Origin: Heptranchias perlo | Lineage: Eukaryota | DNA: 64,000 bases | Reading direction: 5' to 3' | Assembly: GCF_035084215.1 (NCBI RefSeq) | Contig: NC_090339.1 | Span: forward strand, 11,470,001 to 11,534,000 | In this document: piece after piece, positions 50,315 to 62,589 of the stretch | Layout: every line of letters begins with the position of its first letter | Numbering within the stretch: the first letter of the stretch is position 1 | Made by a program: the position numbers and the translations under genes | The notes under the pieces: generated by a model | What the model saw: the letters and a program-made list of their open reading frames with translations, nothing else | Told to the model about the DNA's origin: nothing | The model's database searches: none

Positions 50315-51410
50315 GTCGTCTGCGCTAAAGAGCCCTGCAAATACACCTACACCCACTCTGCAGTGACACAATGGGTTGAATTAGTTGTGGGTCTTCATAG
50401 TGATCCTCAGGAGAGGGCATTATTGCACAAACCAGACAGGATTCGCGAAGACATGGCAGTAGTGGTGCCAATATAATATGTAATGTGCGTTGGTCAGAAA
50501 TTCAATGTAAGTAACACCCATGACAAACCCTCAAACATCCTTGTGCATCCCCTTCATGCTCACAACACGTTTGCCTTACGCTGCCTACTGCACATATGTG
50601 ATGCATGCCCTGTGGCTGCAGCACAGGTAGTGGCAGGTTGAATGAGGCTGGCCGTGAAAGAGATGCATGAGAGGGTGAGTATGAGATAGAGCCATGAGAT
50701 TGTATGAGGATTGGGTTGAGTGGTAGTGGCAGGATGAGTACTGGCGAGGTGAGTAGGTGCAGGTAAGATGAGGATGAGGTTTGAGTGGGTATGAGGGGTG
50801 ATGTGACAGAGTAGTGTTGGCAGTGCTGAAGGAGATGTGGGGTGGGGGCAGTGATGTGGCAGACGGAGTGTAGGGGAAAGACTACGTGTGCTCACTTTGG
50901 CTGACCTACTGAAGTCATTGGAGCGCCTCCTGCACTGTATGCAGGTGGGCGATATGTTGGTTGTGCTGGTAACCTCCTCTGCCACCTCGAGCCAGGCCTT
51001 CCTGGTGGCAGAGGCAGGCCGCTTCCTCCCGCCCGCCGGGAGGAAGATCTCTGTCCTCCCCCTCCTCCTCACCCCATGTATTGATACCTGGAGTGAGGCA
51101 TCATTAAACTGGGAGCAGCCTTCCTCCTGGGCTGCTCCATGCTGTAATTTTTGCTATTTGTTGCAGCATCTGTCAGTGGAGGACTGCCCCTTTAAATAGA
51201 GCTCCTCCAGCTGACAGATCTTACTGCGCATGCGCAGTCCACCCGACGCGCAGATCAGCAGTGGGGAACCCGGAGGAGCAGGTAAGTGGATCCAATTAGT
51301 GGATTGTCTGCTACGATTGCATGGGAAGCAGACTAATTTCACCGGGCACGTTACCCATGCGCCCGATAGCCCCCCCGCCGAGAACCCGCAGCCCTGCTAA
51401 CATCGGGCCC
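50315..51410 (-). mobile_element. Second, truncated copy of the 9690-11711 Harbinger
   Basis: Reverse complement of about 9690-10772; ends ATCGGGCCC; ORF 50560-51072 mirrors 10009-10530. Confidence 0.92.
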
Positions 51411-51414
51411 ATTG

Positions 51415-52495
51415 TGTCTACAGCACAGAAACAGGCCATTTGGCCCAACTGATCTATGCCAGTGTTTATGCTCCACACGAGCCTCCTCCCTCCCTACTTC
51501 CTCTTGCCCTATCAGCATATTCTTCTATTCCTTTCTCCCTTATGTGTTTATCTAACTTCCCCTTAAATGCTTCTATGCTATTTGCGTCCTTGTGGTAGTG
51601 AGTTCCACATTCTTACCACTCTCTGGGTAAAGAAGTTTCTCCTGAATTCCCTATTGGATTTATTAGTGACTATTTTATATTTATGACCTCTAGTTTTGGA
51701 CTCCCCCACAAGTGGAAACATTTTCTCTACGTCTACCCTATCAAACCCTTTCATTATTTTAAAGACCTCTATCAGCTCACCCTTCAGCCTTCTTATTTCT
51801 AGAGAAAAGAGCCCCAGCCTGTTCAGACTTTCCTGATAAGTATATCCTCTCAAATCTGGTATCATCCTTGTGAATCTTTTTTGCATCTTCGCCAATATAA
51901 TATGGCGCACAGTGCTCCAAATGTGGTTGAACCAAGGTTCTATACAAATTTAACATTACTTCTCTGCTTTTCAATTCTATCCCTCTAGAAATGAACCCAA
52001 GTGCTTGGTTTGTCTTTTTTTATGGCCTTATTAACTTGCGTCACTACTTTTAATGATTTGTGTATCTGTACCATGAGATCCCTCTGCCCCTCTGCCCCAT
52101 TTAGACTTATTATCCAAGCAGCACACAGCCTCCTTATTCTTCCTACCAAAATGCACCATCTCACATTTATCTATATTGAAATTCATTTTCATTTACACAC
52201 CCATTCTGCAAGTTTATTAATGTCTTCCTGTATTTTGTCACATTCTTCCTTTATGTTAACTGCACCTCCCAATTTGGTGTCGTCCTTAAATTTTGAAATT
52301 GTACTTTCCATTCCCGAGTCCAAATCGTTTCTGTAAATGGTGAACAACGATGGTCCCAGCACCGATCCCTGTGGAACACCACTTCCCACCTTTTGCCAGT
52401 CTGAGTAGCTACCCTTAAGCCCTACTCTCTGTTTTCTGTTTTGTAGCCAGCTTGCTATCTATTCTGCTACTTGTCCCCTGACTCCACATGCTCTG
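51415..52495 (-). mobile_element. Degenerate CR1 LINE
   Basis: [37 protein letters not shown]. Confidence 0.92.
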
Positions 52496-53270
52496 AAAGA
52501 GAATTTCAAAATTGTTGAGAAACATTTAAATTTACTCTTGGAAAATAGGAGGTGAAGGTTTTCTTCATGAGACTGCTAGTGGCTTCAATGGGCAAATAAC
52601 AGGCATTTAAGAAAGGTCAGCCCGTTGTTCTTACTGCAGTGATATCTGAATGATAAAGCTGACAGGCTTTTTCCTGAACGCTCTTCTGATGCCACAGTGA
52701 CTGACTTTGTGAGAGGTCAGTGTGGGAGAGAAAATCTCCAAAATCTTTGAAAGTGCCGTTCCATCGGAATTTGACTGGCGATTTGCCAGGATGTTTTCCA
52801 CTTTTAGAAATTAGGAAGTTTATCTTGCCACTTTTTTATAGTGATAACTAATACAAGTGCTAACTTCACTCTCTACTGAGTGAGTTTAGTCTACACTATA
52901 GGAGTCTTCAGCCTTACCAGCAGAAATATGGCCAAACAGGACTCACCTGCAATAACACTCAGTTTGCACTTCTCAAGTGGTTTGATGGCCACTGAACTAT
53001 TAAAGAAATGGCCAAGGATGTTAATCCTGCTCTAAATATCAGGAAATAAATTAAGCAGAGCACTGAAACTGCACAGCCTGATTAACTGACAACACTGTTT
53101 GTCTGATTTTGAAAGACAATTTTATTATCTCTGGTGCTAGACCCAAAGTATTTACTCTCATGTGTAATCAACATTTGAGTTTTGAAATCAGAGATAAAGA
53201 TTAAATTTACAAACTGTATGCATCATCTACTTGTCAAGGTTGCATTAAAAACACTGGGGCAAACGCAGGC

Positions 53271-53414
53271 AGATGACATGTGATCAGATGTCATGTAATC
53301 AAGTGTCATGGAATCGGATGCCACATGATTGGATGTCACATGACTGAATGTCACGTGATCTGATGTCACATGATCAGACCTCCAGGAATATGTCAAACCA
53401 GAGTTGGCAACCCT
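53271..53414. repeat. 15-bp tandem repeat (GATGTCACATGATCA-like, about 7 copies) next to a hAT/Tip100-like end GTTGGCAACCCT
   Basis: 15-bp period visible at 53271-53377; terminal motif at 53403-53413. Confidence 0.7.
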
Positions 53415-54296
53415 ACCTGTCGTACACAATGTACGCAGTTTGGACTCTCATACTCCACCTGTACAGTAATCAAATATTATCCAGCCTTGCATTCACTCCA
53501 CAGAAATGGACTATCCAGACTCCAACACAACTGGATCACTACCTGGCACCATCACAGAGACAGTCACTTGGATCTCCACAACCTAAAGCATGGAGGAAGT
53601 AGGACTTCCAGTAGAGAAGGTTGGCCTGGAGAGGCCAATAACTTGTAGACTGATGGCAGTGATACATCAGCACTATGTTTACAGTGTTATAACCCCCTAG
53701 AGACATCTATCCCAGCTGGTTACCCACACCTAGGAGATAAGTACCTCCATCTCTGACATCCATAAAATACTGGACTAAGTGCTGGCTGAAGTGGAGACCT
53801 CATTGACCTCGTTGACCTGAATGAGTAAAATAGAACCAATGACAAAGCTGGGTGCCACCGAGGCTGGATGTTGGAACCCGTGTCAATATCCTTTCCTCTG
53901 ATACCATGTAGCCCTGGGCACCCCTTGAGTGCCAGCTTAGACCTGGTCTTCCATGCAATGGAGTCTGGAAGCTCCTTAAATATAAGAAAGCTGCAACCTG
54001 ACCGGCTGAATTGAATCCACCCCTCCAGATAATAAATTAGTGTTTAAGCAACTGTTTTGGCAACCCGTAACCTCTGACCCCACCGAACATGTCGACCAAT
54101 GTAGGGTATCGTTTGACTGTCAGAAAAATTCCTGAAATGCAGAATTTCACTTCCGCAGTCACCTGAAGTTGTGCAGTAATTAGGTTAACACCTTCACCAA
54201 AACAGCGGGGGGCCTTTTAGAAGAATTCATGAAGTATTAGCACACGAATATCCCATAGGGTTATTTCAAAGGTACTAGTAATTCGACTTATCAGAT

Positions 54297-54302
54297 TTTA
54301 TT
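54297..54302 (-). terminator. Candidate polyadenylation signal of the TASL-family gene
   Basis: AATAAA on minus, about 510 nt after the stop codon. Confidence 0.4.
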
Positions 54303-54814
54303 TTTGGCTGGAACATTAGGATAAAGTCCAAAACACAATGTATATACCTAACATTGAATTTCACATCATTATCTAATATGCTGGATTTAATTCAGCAGGA
54401 AATAGGTTACATTGAAAAATCCAATTTAGTGCAATAAATGTCAAATAATTTTTACAATAAGAAGATTCCTTCCTCACTAATCGACAGATTGAGCAGCTTA
54501 ATCCTCTTCCAGCACTTAGAACCAAAGGGAATGTTTGTGTTGAATGTTACCTAATGGCATTCTTGAATGTCACTGTACTGTAGGCTTCAAAATTTGTTCA
54601 AAAAAAAAATCATACGACAGGCGCTCCAAGGAAAAACAGCTACTTGAGTGAGAAGTGAAGGACATCTAGCATCCAGAAACTGTATTCCAGCCTGAGTCAG
54701 CACCTCCAAGGGGGTGAGGAAAATAAGCTAGAGCAAGGAAGAGAGTACAGGGAGGAAGTCAAGAGAATGTTTCTGTGTTATCAAAAAATCATACAATTTT
54801 GCTCATAAGCAGGT

Positions 54815-55735
54815 TTAAAATCGTCGGGCAAGCTCATCAGTTTGCTGGTTTGATATCTGCAAGTTAGGAGTACAGATGTCAGATGAATTGGTTGCACAGG
54901 CAACACTGAGAAGGCAGTTTAGAACAATGTCCTTAGCTTTTGTGGGCTCCATGTTTTTCTCATGAGAAATCTGCAGGCTAATTTGATCAATGTTGGTCAT
55001 CAGGAAGTGGGAGCCCAGTATTTTTGTTGGCGATGCACACTTTGTCATGCTGTCCTCGAGATACTGCTTATACAGTTCTGTAATCTTTTTCTCCATGTAG
55101 TTGTTGAGCACAGAATTGGATAACGGCTCTCTCTGAAGGGGGATGCTTTTGTCGCTGAAAATGAAAGTATCTGCTCTTGAATGTTGCAGGACTTCACACC
55201 GAGAGCCAGGTAGCGGCGGCCACACAGGTTGGTCCTCCATCTGAAGGATGGGCCAATTGCAGCTTTCGGAATCATCATCCATAAAACAGCAGCTGCTTGC
55301 AGGACTATTGGGTGTAACATTATCTCCGGCAATCTGTAAATCTGTGTAACTCTGGCAAGTGGTGGACCAAGATCTGTACCAGTCCAAATCGCTTTCACTG
55401 TGTACAGAGTTCTTTGGTATGTCTAAAATGTCAGAGGTCTTTCTTTCAAACATGGGTGCCCTGGTATTCACACCAGTTGCTTCCTCTTCACCTTGCACCT
55501 GGAGTGATTCTCCCTTCTCTTGAATGATGCTACCTAAAGTGCCTTGAATGTTTTCTTCTGCATTGTGCTGCTCGTGTTCAATGCCTTCTGTGAATTCAGA
55601 TGAACTGAAGAGCTCTTCCCAGGAGTTGGTGCTGGTCTTAGGTGTCTTCCTGGAGTTCACACAGTTATGGTTGTGGGTGCACTCCCTTTGGTGGTGGTTG
55701 TAACGAATCCCAGTGAGGAAGCCTTCGGCTAACAT
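54815..55735 (-). CDS. TASL: TASL/CXorf21-family TLR adaptor interacting with SLC15A4 (306 aa); TASL versus TASL2 paralogue unresolved
   Basis: MLAEGFLTG (human MLSEGYLSG); YTDLQIAGDNV (YNDLQIAGGQV); PLSNSVLNNYMEKKITELYKQY; SPTKILGSHFLMTNIDQISLQISHEKNMEPTKAKDIV; pLxIS motif CTPNLQIS; splice acceptor 8 nt before the ATG. Confidence 0.95.
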   Translation of the reverse strand: MLAEGFLTGIRYNHHQRECTHNHNCVNSRKTPKTSTNSWEELFSSSEFTEGIEHEQHNAEENIQGTLGSIIQEKGESLQVQGEEEATGVNTRAPMFERKTSDILDIPKNSVHSESDLDWYRSWSTTCQSYTDLQIAGDNVTPNSPASSCCFMDDDSESCNWPILQMEDQPVWPPLPGSRCEVLQHSRADTFIFSDKSIPLQREPLSNSVLNNYMEKKITELYKQYLEDSMTKCASPTKILGSHFLMTNIDQISLQISHEKNMEPTKAKDIVLNCLLSVACATNSSDICTPNLQISNQQTDELARRF

Positions 55736-55924
55736 GACGGATGCTATTGAGACACAAAGCAGTTTAATGTCAATGGTAAATGGGGTGCAAAAATCTACTA
55801 CATGTCGCAACTTATATCTGTCAGACTTTTTATCTTCTTGGGTGGCACCGAGGGTAATTAAACTTGGTGACAGCATTCCAGGGGTAGGGAGTAAAAAAAA
55901 TCACACACATGATAAAAAATGACC

Positions 55925-56395
55925 AGGGGGGTGGATTTTCTTGGAGCTTCTCCTGTTCCGCCAGTGGAACCCCACTTACCTGCATCAATGGGGTTTCCCC
56001 CGAACTTCCAACAAAGTGACGGTGGGTCAGCAAGCGGGAGGAGCTTCTGCTGAACTTTAACCCCAGGATCCATACGCCTGACCACTTGGCCCTTGCTAAA
56101 TGCTGAGTGAGGGCAAGATCAATCTCTACATGGTCGAATAGCAAACTAATATTTGCTGCTCAAGATCAACTTATCAACGTATTCAAATTTGCCACCATCC
56201 ACGGACGCGCCCTATCAATCACCGCCGCTCCGACAGCACGGCAGATTTGAATCAGCCACATTCAATTGGTTTGAAGTGTGAACACATAGATTACTGATTG
56301 GCAAGTTGTGGCAGAAAACCTGCCCAACTGAGGCAAAGGCAATCAAGGCCAGCTCATTGCTGGAACTTTCCAGCAACGTCCTAGAATTTGGTCCA
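55925..56395. mobile_element. Probable degenerate Harbinger-type MITE in the TASL intron
   Basis: Starts GGGGTGGATTTT, GC/CpG-rich body, weak right end. Confidence 0.35.
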
Positions 56396-56402
56396 CATTT
56401 GT

Positions 56403-56780
56403 AAAAAGAAAGAAAAGAGAAACTTGCATTTATGTTTGCATTGAAACTTGCATTTATGTTTGCATTGAAACTTGCATTTATATAGCACCTTTCAAGACCT
56501 CAGGACGTCCCAAAGAGCTTCACAGCCAATGAAGTACGTTTGAAGTGTAGTCACTGTTGTAGTGTAGGAAACTCGGCAGCCAATTTGTGCACAGCAAGAT
56601 CCCACAAACAGCAATGAGATAATGACCAGATAATCTGTTTTTTAATGATGTTGGGTTGAGGGATAAATATTGGCCAGAACACTGAGGAGAACTCCCCTGC
56701 TCTTCTTCGAATAAAGTCATGGGATCTTTTACGTCCACCTGAGAGGGCAGATGAGGCCTCGGTTAAACGTCTCATCCAGT
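56403..56780 (-). mobile_element. Deu-domain SINE with a duplicated 24-bp tail unit
   Basis: Reverse complement of 36030-36333; GAAACTTGCATTTATGTTTGCATT occurs twice. Confidence 0.85.
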
Positions 56781-57182
56781 TGAGTCAGCTGACTGAGATC
56801 AGGGGAGCAATGGTAACCGATGGGCTCAATGAAGTGACGGAAATTTGAAATGGCACATATTAACATACCAGTGGCTGAGCCAGTAGAAAAGCATCTTTCA
56901 TACAGATAAAATTCCTATTGAGTTTTACGTACACCCTGACTAGAAACTGCAGCACAAGACTTCAGAACCATGGATGTGGCAAGTCCAATTATTGGGAATC
57001 AGGCAGAGCATTACAAATGGGAAAGGCAGCAGGGAGAGGCAGAATATCGAGAATGAAGCGGACAGCGCATCAGAAAGTAAGGCAAGTGAGCAGGTGAGGA
57101 GAAGCCAATTACCAGGCCCAGCAGCATCGGGTCTGACAGCACATGTGCTCCTCGCCTAATATTTCATGCAATTTGACACCTA

Positions 57183-57460
57183 CAAAAAGAAAGAAAGAAC
57201 TTGCATTTATATAGCGCTGACTGTCAATTACTTTAAATGTGTCATTCAAACACAGCAGCCACTTGCGCAAAGCAAGATCCCGTAAACACCAAATAATCGA
57301 TTTTTTGTTGGTGGTTTTGGTTGGCCAGGAGACCTCCCTACTCTTCTACAAATTGTGCCATGGGAACTTTAACAATCAGCCAACCTGGTGGACAGGGTTT
57401 CAATTTAGCAACTCATCCAAAGCACAGCGCCTCTTCACCAACGTAGCATTCCCTCGGTGA
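57183..57460 (-). mobile_element. Degenerate Deu-domain SINE
   Basis: AAAGAAAGAACTTGCATTTATATAGCGC...GCAGCCACTTGCGCAAAGCAAGATCCC. Confidence 0.65.
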
Positions 57461-59023
57461 GGCAGCATCCTCTTGGGAACCCGCACGTACTCCCACTTCA
57501 CCCAAGCCTCTTAAAGGATTGATGAAGAGCCAGAGAGCAGGTAGGTGCTGGAAGCCAATGTGTTATCGGACATGGCTCCAGCTACCAAACAATGCTGATT
57601 CCATAAATTCTTCTAAAAGAGAAGTAGATAGTTGCTGGAAAGAGGAATATTCATGGGTGAACAGGAGAATGGTATTGGACTAGTTAACTAATGGGGAAAA
57701 ACACACTGGAGCAAACTTGGGCCGAATGGCTGCTTCTGTCTATAACGTTCTATGATCTTATGACTGTGCACCCAGAGGTTCAAGGTCATCACTATCTCTA
57801 CAAGGCCACAACACCCAATAGCAGCCTGCCGCCACAGTTGCTCCTCCCACATAGGGACTACTTAGGCATAGCCTCAGATGAGACATTAGGACAAGCACAT
57901 CTTATAGGTTTACCAAGAGGAAGCACAGTGGTAGGAATTCAAGTATATAACTGATGTAAACAAATACTAATCTTTTTTTATTTCTCCTTAGTGCAGACAG
58001 CGCTTGTTGGGAAGGAAATTCTGGGAGGGGGCTGAAATATGGAAGCTGAGCTTGAGTAGAGGGAAATGGCATGTTCTTGGAGGGAACAACGTGCAGGTTT
58101 TCATTGCAGAAATAAAGTTATCTGGTGGTAGGACGTGTCCGTTACTGGACGTAGTTCTCGATCACTGAGTCCCGCACCAATCTCCCTGCCCATATATGAG
58201 CTCGCTCCATGGCAACCTGTGGGCCTACAGCCCCATAGACTTCTCACCTCCCTGTTGCATGTTCACTCCTCAGTGGATGGCAAACTGGAGCGGCATGCAG
58301 TAGGTGATGGTGATTTTGTCTCGTCTGAAGAGCGATCCCCCGCCTGGACCCAGTGAGTTGTGCTGTCACCCCCAGCTTCACCGAAAGTTGTGAAATTCAG
58401 CGCGGCACCTCGCCTTAATAAGGATTCCATTCAAATTAGGGTTCTACTTGTCGGTGACGCTGTCTCTTCTAGCCCACAAAAATCGCTGCTCGCAAGATGC
58501 GCTGCACTAGAAACTGGGCACGATGGGCCGAATGCTGGATTTTGTGAGCGATGTCCCACCACGGGAAAGCAACAATTCAAATTCTCCAGCAGGGAAAGTG
58601 CTCCTCTGGTGGAACCATTTTCCAGCATGGATCAGAGTCTTCCGAAGAGGAGGAGAGAGAAAGAGAGAGAAACTAAAATGGGACACATACAAGCAAATGA
58701 TTCTGTACTGGAGTTGGCCCATTGCTGTATTGCCAGCTATTTGTTTTCTCTACTGTTAACATCAGGAGATTTTACTTTGTGATTTGAATTGAAATTAGGT
58801 GCTGATTTAAACATAAATATGCAATTAATTTGAATTGTCGTACAGATTTGTTTGACTCCATTTGAAAATAAATAGCCCAATGAATACATCAGATACAAGT
58901 TTATTCAGACCAATAGGCTCAGTAAACTTGATAAAGTCCTTCATATTACTACTTAATTGAAATTTTTGCCAAAAAAGGTACCAAAAAACCAAAACCTTAA
59001 ACAACATTGAAAATTGCACTTAC

Positions 59024-59300
59024 TTGATTTCCTAAGTGAAGTTGATACGAAGTTCTGTAATTTTGCCTCTTCCACTCTTCTTGGAAATGGAGTATTAATG
59101 AACGTTCAGTCTCAACATAGACATCATTCTTGGCCCTGGTGTACTTATTAATAATCAATTCTTTCCAACAATGGTCAATAATTCAGTTATATGGATCCAA
59201 AGAAACTATTGTCTACTCTGTGCTGTTTAAATATGTTCACTGTTTGATAAGTCAACACCCAATAAAAAGACCATTCATGGGTTTGTTGCAACTCTATAAT
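59024..59300 (-). other. Candidate non-coding upstream exon of the TASL-family gene (5' boundary uncertain)
   Basis: Donor CAA|GTAAGTG at 59024/59023 in unique sequence between the motif cluster and the CDS acceptor. Confidence 0.45.
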
Positions 59301-59304
59301 TGCT

Positions 59305-59380
59305 AAGAACGAAACTGTTCACATGACTTGTTGCAATTAACTTCCTCTTGCTTTGCGAGTGTTCAGTGTTACAACCACTG
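59305..59380 (-). promoter_or_regulatory. Candidate leukocyte promoter: IRF-like, M-box, C/EBP and PU.1 motifs
   Basis: GAACGAAACT 59307-59316, TCACATGAC 59319-59327, TTGTTGCAAT 59328-59337, AACTTCCTCTT 59339-59349. Confidence 0.5.
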
Positions 59381-60769
59381 ACACTTTAACCCTTCAGATC
59401 CAAGGTCTTTTTCAATGTATCAAAAATTATGGGCTAGATGTTCTGCCCATTGACTGTGAGTGAGAATAGTTACAGTTCAACCAGGTTATCATCTTGTTTG
59501 GTGCATCAAAAGTTTTGGCATGTAGACTAGTGATAGTGATGGGGCCTAACATGGTTAGAAACCTCTGAATAAGATTCATAGATCGCCAATATGTCACTCC
59601 ACTCCATTTTCTGGCAGGAGAATATTATCATGATAGTTAAGATACCTATTTTAGTTAGAAGCACAGATGAAGAAATATTGGAAGAAAGGTATGAAACTCT
59701 CACATTTCGATTGTATTGGCATATCATTTTCTGACATCCTTTAATGCTTCTTTTGTTTTTTATTTCTCTTAGTTTCCTCCGTGTCTGTGAGTGTGCTTTA
59801 AATATCATTTTTTTATAACAATACAATTCTGAGACTCTCCTATTTAGCGTTCCCCTGGTTGACCCTTTCCTCGGCAAAGGTTTATCCACTTTTATTCTTT
59901 CCATTTATCATTTCTGTTTGTTTACTCTGTCTTGGCTGTCATGTGATGCGCTTGGAATCCTATGGTGACTTTCTGCGGTTATTCCAATTTTTGATTTTTG
60001 GTGGTCACTGCCAAGCTGACGCCCGGGGTCAGTCTCAAATATTTTGCTCAAGAACCATGGCTTTAGTTGGAGACTTAAACACACAAGGTACCAGAATTGT
60101 ACAGTTCATCTTCTCTGCCTGGGTGTGTCAGATACTAAGTACTGAATAGGGAGAGCCTGTAATCAGTGAGAGGCATTTCGAATGGTCTTGAAATCTCTTT
60201 AGTCATAGAAAGTACTAAAAGGCTGAGAGAAAAGGGGAAGCACACCGCCATTTCCTCAATCAAGGGATTTGATAAAATATTAAGGACCTTCCAACCTCAC
60301 AAAATCTTTTTGGCATCTTGTGATTTACTGAGGCACATGAATCGCTGGCCTTGAAGGATCAACTCTGCCACCCCCCGATGGAGTTCCCACTAGTGGGGAA
60401 TATGATCTCCCTGAGGCATGTGTGTCCAACATGGTCCAATCTCCTGCATGTCTTTGCAGTGGGTAATGCTGGTGGTTCTGCTGTGCCTGTTGAAGAATTT
60501 TCCCACCTGAGCCGTACTGCAGTGGTTGATGTACAGCTGTTGTCGATTCTCTGGTGATCCCTGTCCATTCATCTACTCATTTCAGTAATCCTGTAATTGA
60601 CCATCCGGAGCTTGAAAGTTCGACATTGGCAGGTATGTAAGTTTGGTATCATTATGAAGTGAAGGCAACTAAGCTGCTGGAAGTGACAGCCTTTTTATAG
60701 ATCTCCTGTTGCCTTGTTTCCTCATGGCAGTTTTTGTAACCAGCTGAGTAGGTGCGGTTATGGCATCCT

Positions 60770-62085
60770 TCATCTTTGTCATTTATAAATATAGTGAAAA
60801 GCTGAGGCCCCAGTACAGATCTCTGGGGGACACCACTAGTCACATCCCTACTCTCTGTCTCCTACCTCCTAACCAATTCCCCACCCATACCAATAGATTG
60901 CCTCCAATTCCATGCGCTCTCATTTTTGTTAACAGTCTCTTATGTGGAACCTAATGGAATGTCTTCTGGAAGTCCATATAAATAGCATCCATAGACACTC
61001 CCTTATCTACCACATTAGTTACCTCCCCAAAAAATTCATCTAGGTTTGTTAGACAGGACTTACCCTCTACAAATCCATGCTGGCTCTCTCTGATTAGCTC
61101 ATATTTATCCAAGTGCTCAGTCACTCTGTCCCTAATAACAGATTCTAGTAACTTCCCCACAACAGACATTAGACTAATAGGCCTATAATTTCCTAATTTA
61201 TCTCTCCCACCCTTCTTAAATAGTGAAGTGACATTGGCAATTTTCCAATCCAAGGCGACAATTCCTGAATCAAAAGCATTTTGGAAGATCATGACTAGAG
61301 CAGCTATAATTTCCTCACCTACTTCCTTAAATACCACTGAGTCTCTTTGATCAGTTCATGCTTTCTAAGTGCTCAGTCGCTCTGTCCCTGATGATAGATT
61401 CTGGTAACTTTCCCACAACTGATATAAAACTAACAGGTCTGTAAGTTTCCTGGTTTCTCCCTCCCTCCTTAACAATGGATTGACATTTGTAATTTCCCAA
61501 TCCAAAGGCACAATTCCCTTTTTTGAATTTAGATTTAATTTAGAAAATTATGACTAAAGCATTTGCAATTTCCTCACCTATTTATTTTTTAAATAAATGG
61601 GGTGGAAACCATCAGATTTGTCTATCTTAAGTCCCCTTATTTTCTCCATTACTATTTTTACTTATATTAAATCCAATAAATTCCTCCTCTTGACTTATTT
61701 TTAGGTTCCCTTCACATTTTGTTGTATTCCTCTACTGTGAAAATGGATACAAAGTACCCATTTAACAAGTCTGCCATTTTCTTATTGTCCATTTATAGTC
61801 TCACCTGTGTCTGTCTTTAATGTACCCATATTTCCTTCTATCACTTTCTTTCTCTTAATATATTTATAAAAACTTTTACTGGTAGCTTTGATATCCCTTG
61901 CTGATGTTTCTCATATTCCCTTTTTGCACCTCTCTTTGTACCCCTTTGTTACTTGTTATAGCTTTCCCAGTCCGCTGGATTTCCACTTTTCCTTGTATTT
62001 GCACAAGCTTTTTCTTTTATCTTGATATTGTCTCTTACCTCACTTGTTGACCATGGCTGCTTAAACGCATAAGTGCAGCTCTTAC
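60770..62085 (-). mobile_element. Two adjacent old CR1 fragments with an overlapping ORF2 segment
   Basis: ORF 60951-61337 (NYRPISLMSVVGK); AAGTGCTCAGTC...GATAGATTC segment seen at both 61111 and 61367. Confidence 0.8.
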
Positions 62086-62104
62086 TTTTTTAGCCAATCA
62101 GGGG

Positions 62105-62280
62105 AATGGAATCTTTGAATTTTTAGCAAAGAAGGAGGCCATTTGGTCCATCGTGCCTGTTCTGGCTCTCTGAAAGAGCTATCTCTTTATTCCTATTGCC
62201 CTGCACTTTGTCTGTGCCCTTTTTATTATTTTCTTTATCAAATGTTTATCCACTTATCTTTTAAAAGCTATTTGAACATC
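62105..62280 (-). mobile_element. CR1 3' tail remnant
   Basis: AGAAGGAGGCCATTTGGTCCATCGTGCCTGT...GAAAGAGCTATC. Confidence 0.7.
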
Positions 62281-62589
62281 TCTCTCTACCAGATCTCTCA
62301 TAACCTTCTTTAAAATTTAAAATGATGTGGGTCCTTGTCAGATTTACAGTGGATGGAGGAGCTACAGCAAAAGAGGTACGTACTCTGTTTATACTGAAAA
62401 CAAATAAATAAAAATAAGAATAAATATAAGTTATTTAAGTAACAAATAATGTAAAATTAAAGTTAAAGTAGTAAATGTAGAAGTAGGAGAGAAGAGGGGG
62501 GGGGAATGGGAGCTAAGACACCTTCAAAGCAAATTTTTTCGAACATTTTTAATTAACTGTTAAAAATTGTACATTGTAGCAGTACAAGG

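Noticed and set aside
59400-60760. Possible ancient retroelement or extra exons upstream of TASL
   Set aside because: No recognisable motif in the ORF track or the frames I read; left unannotated
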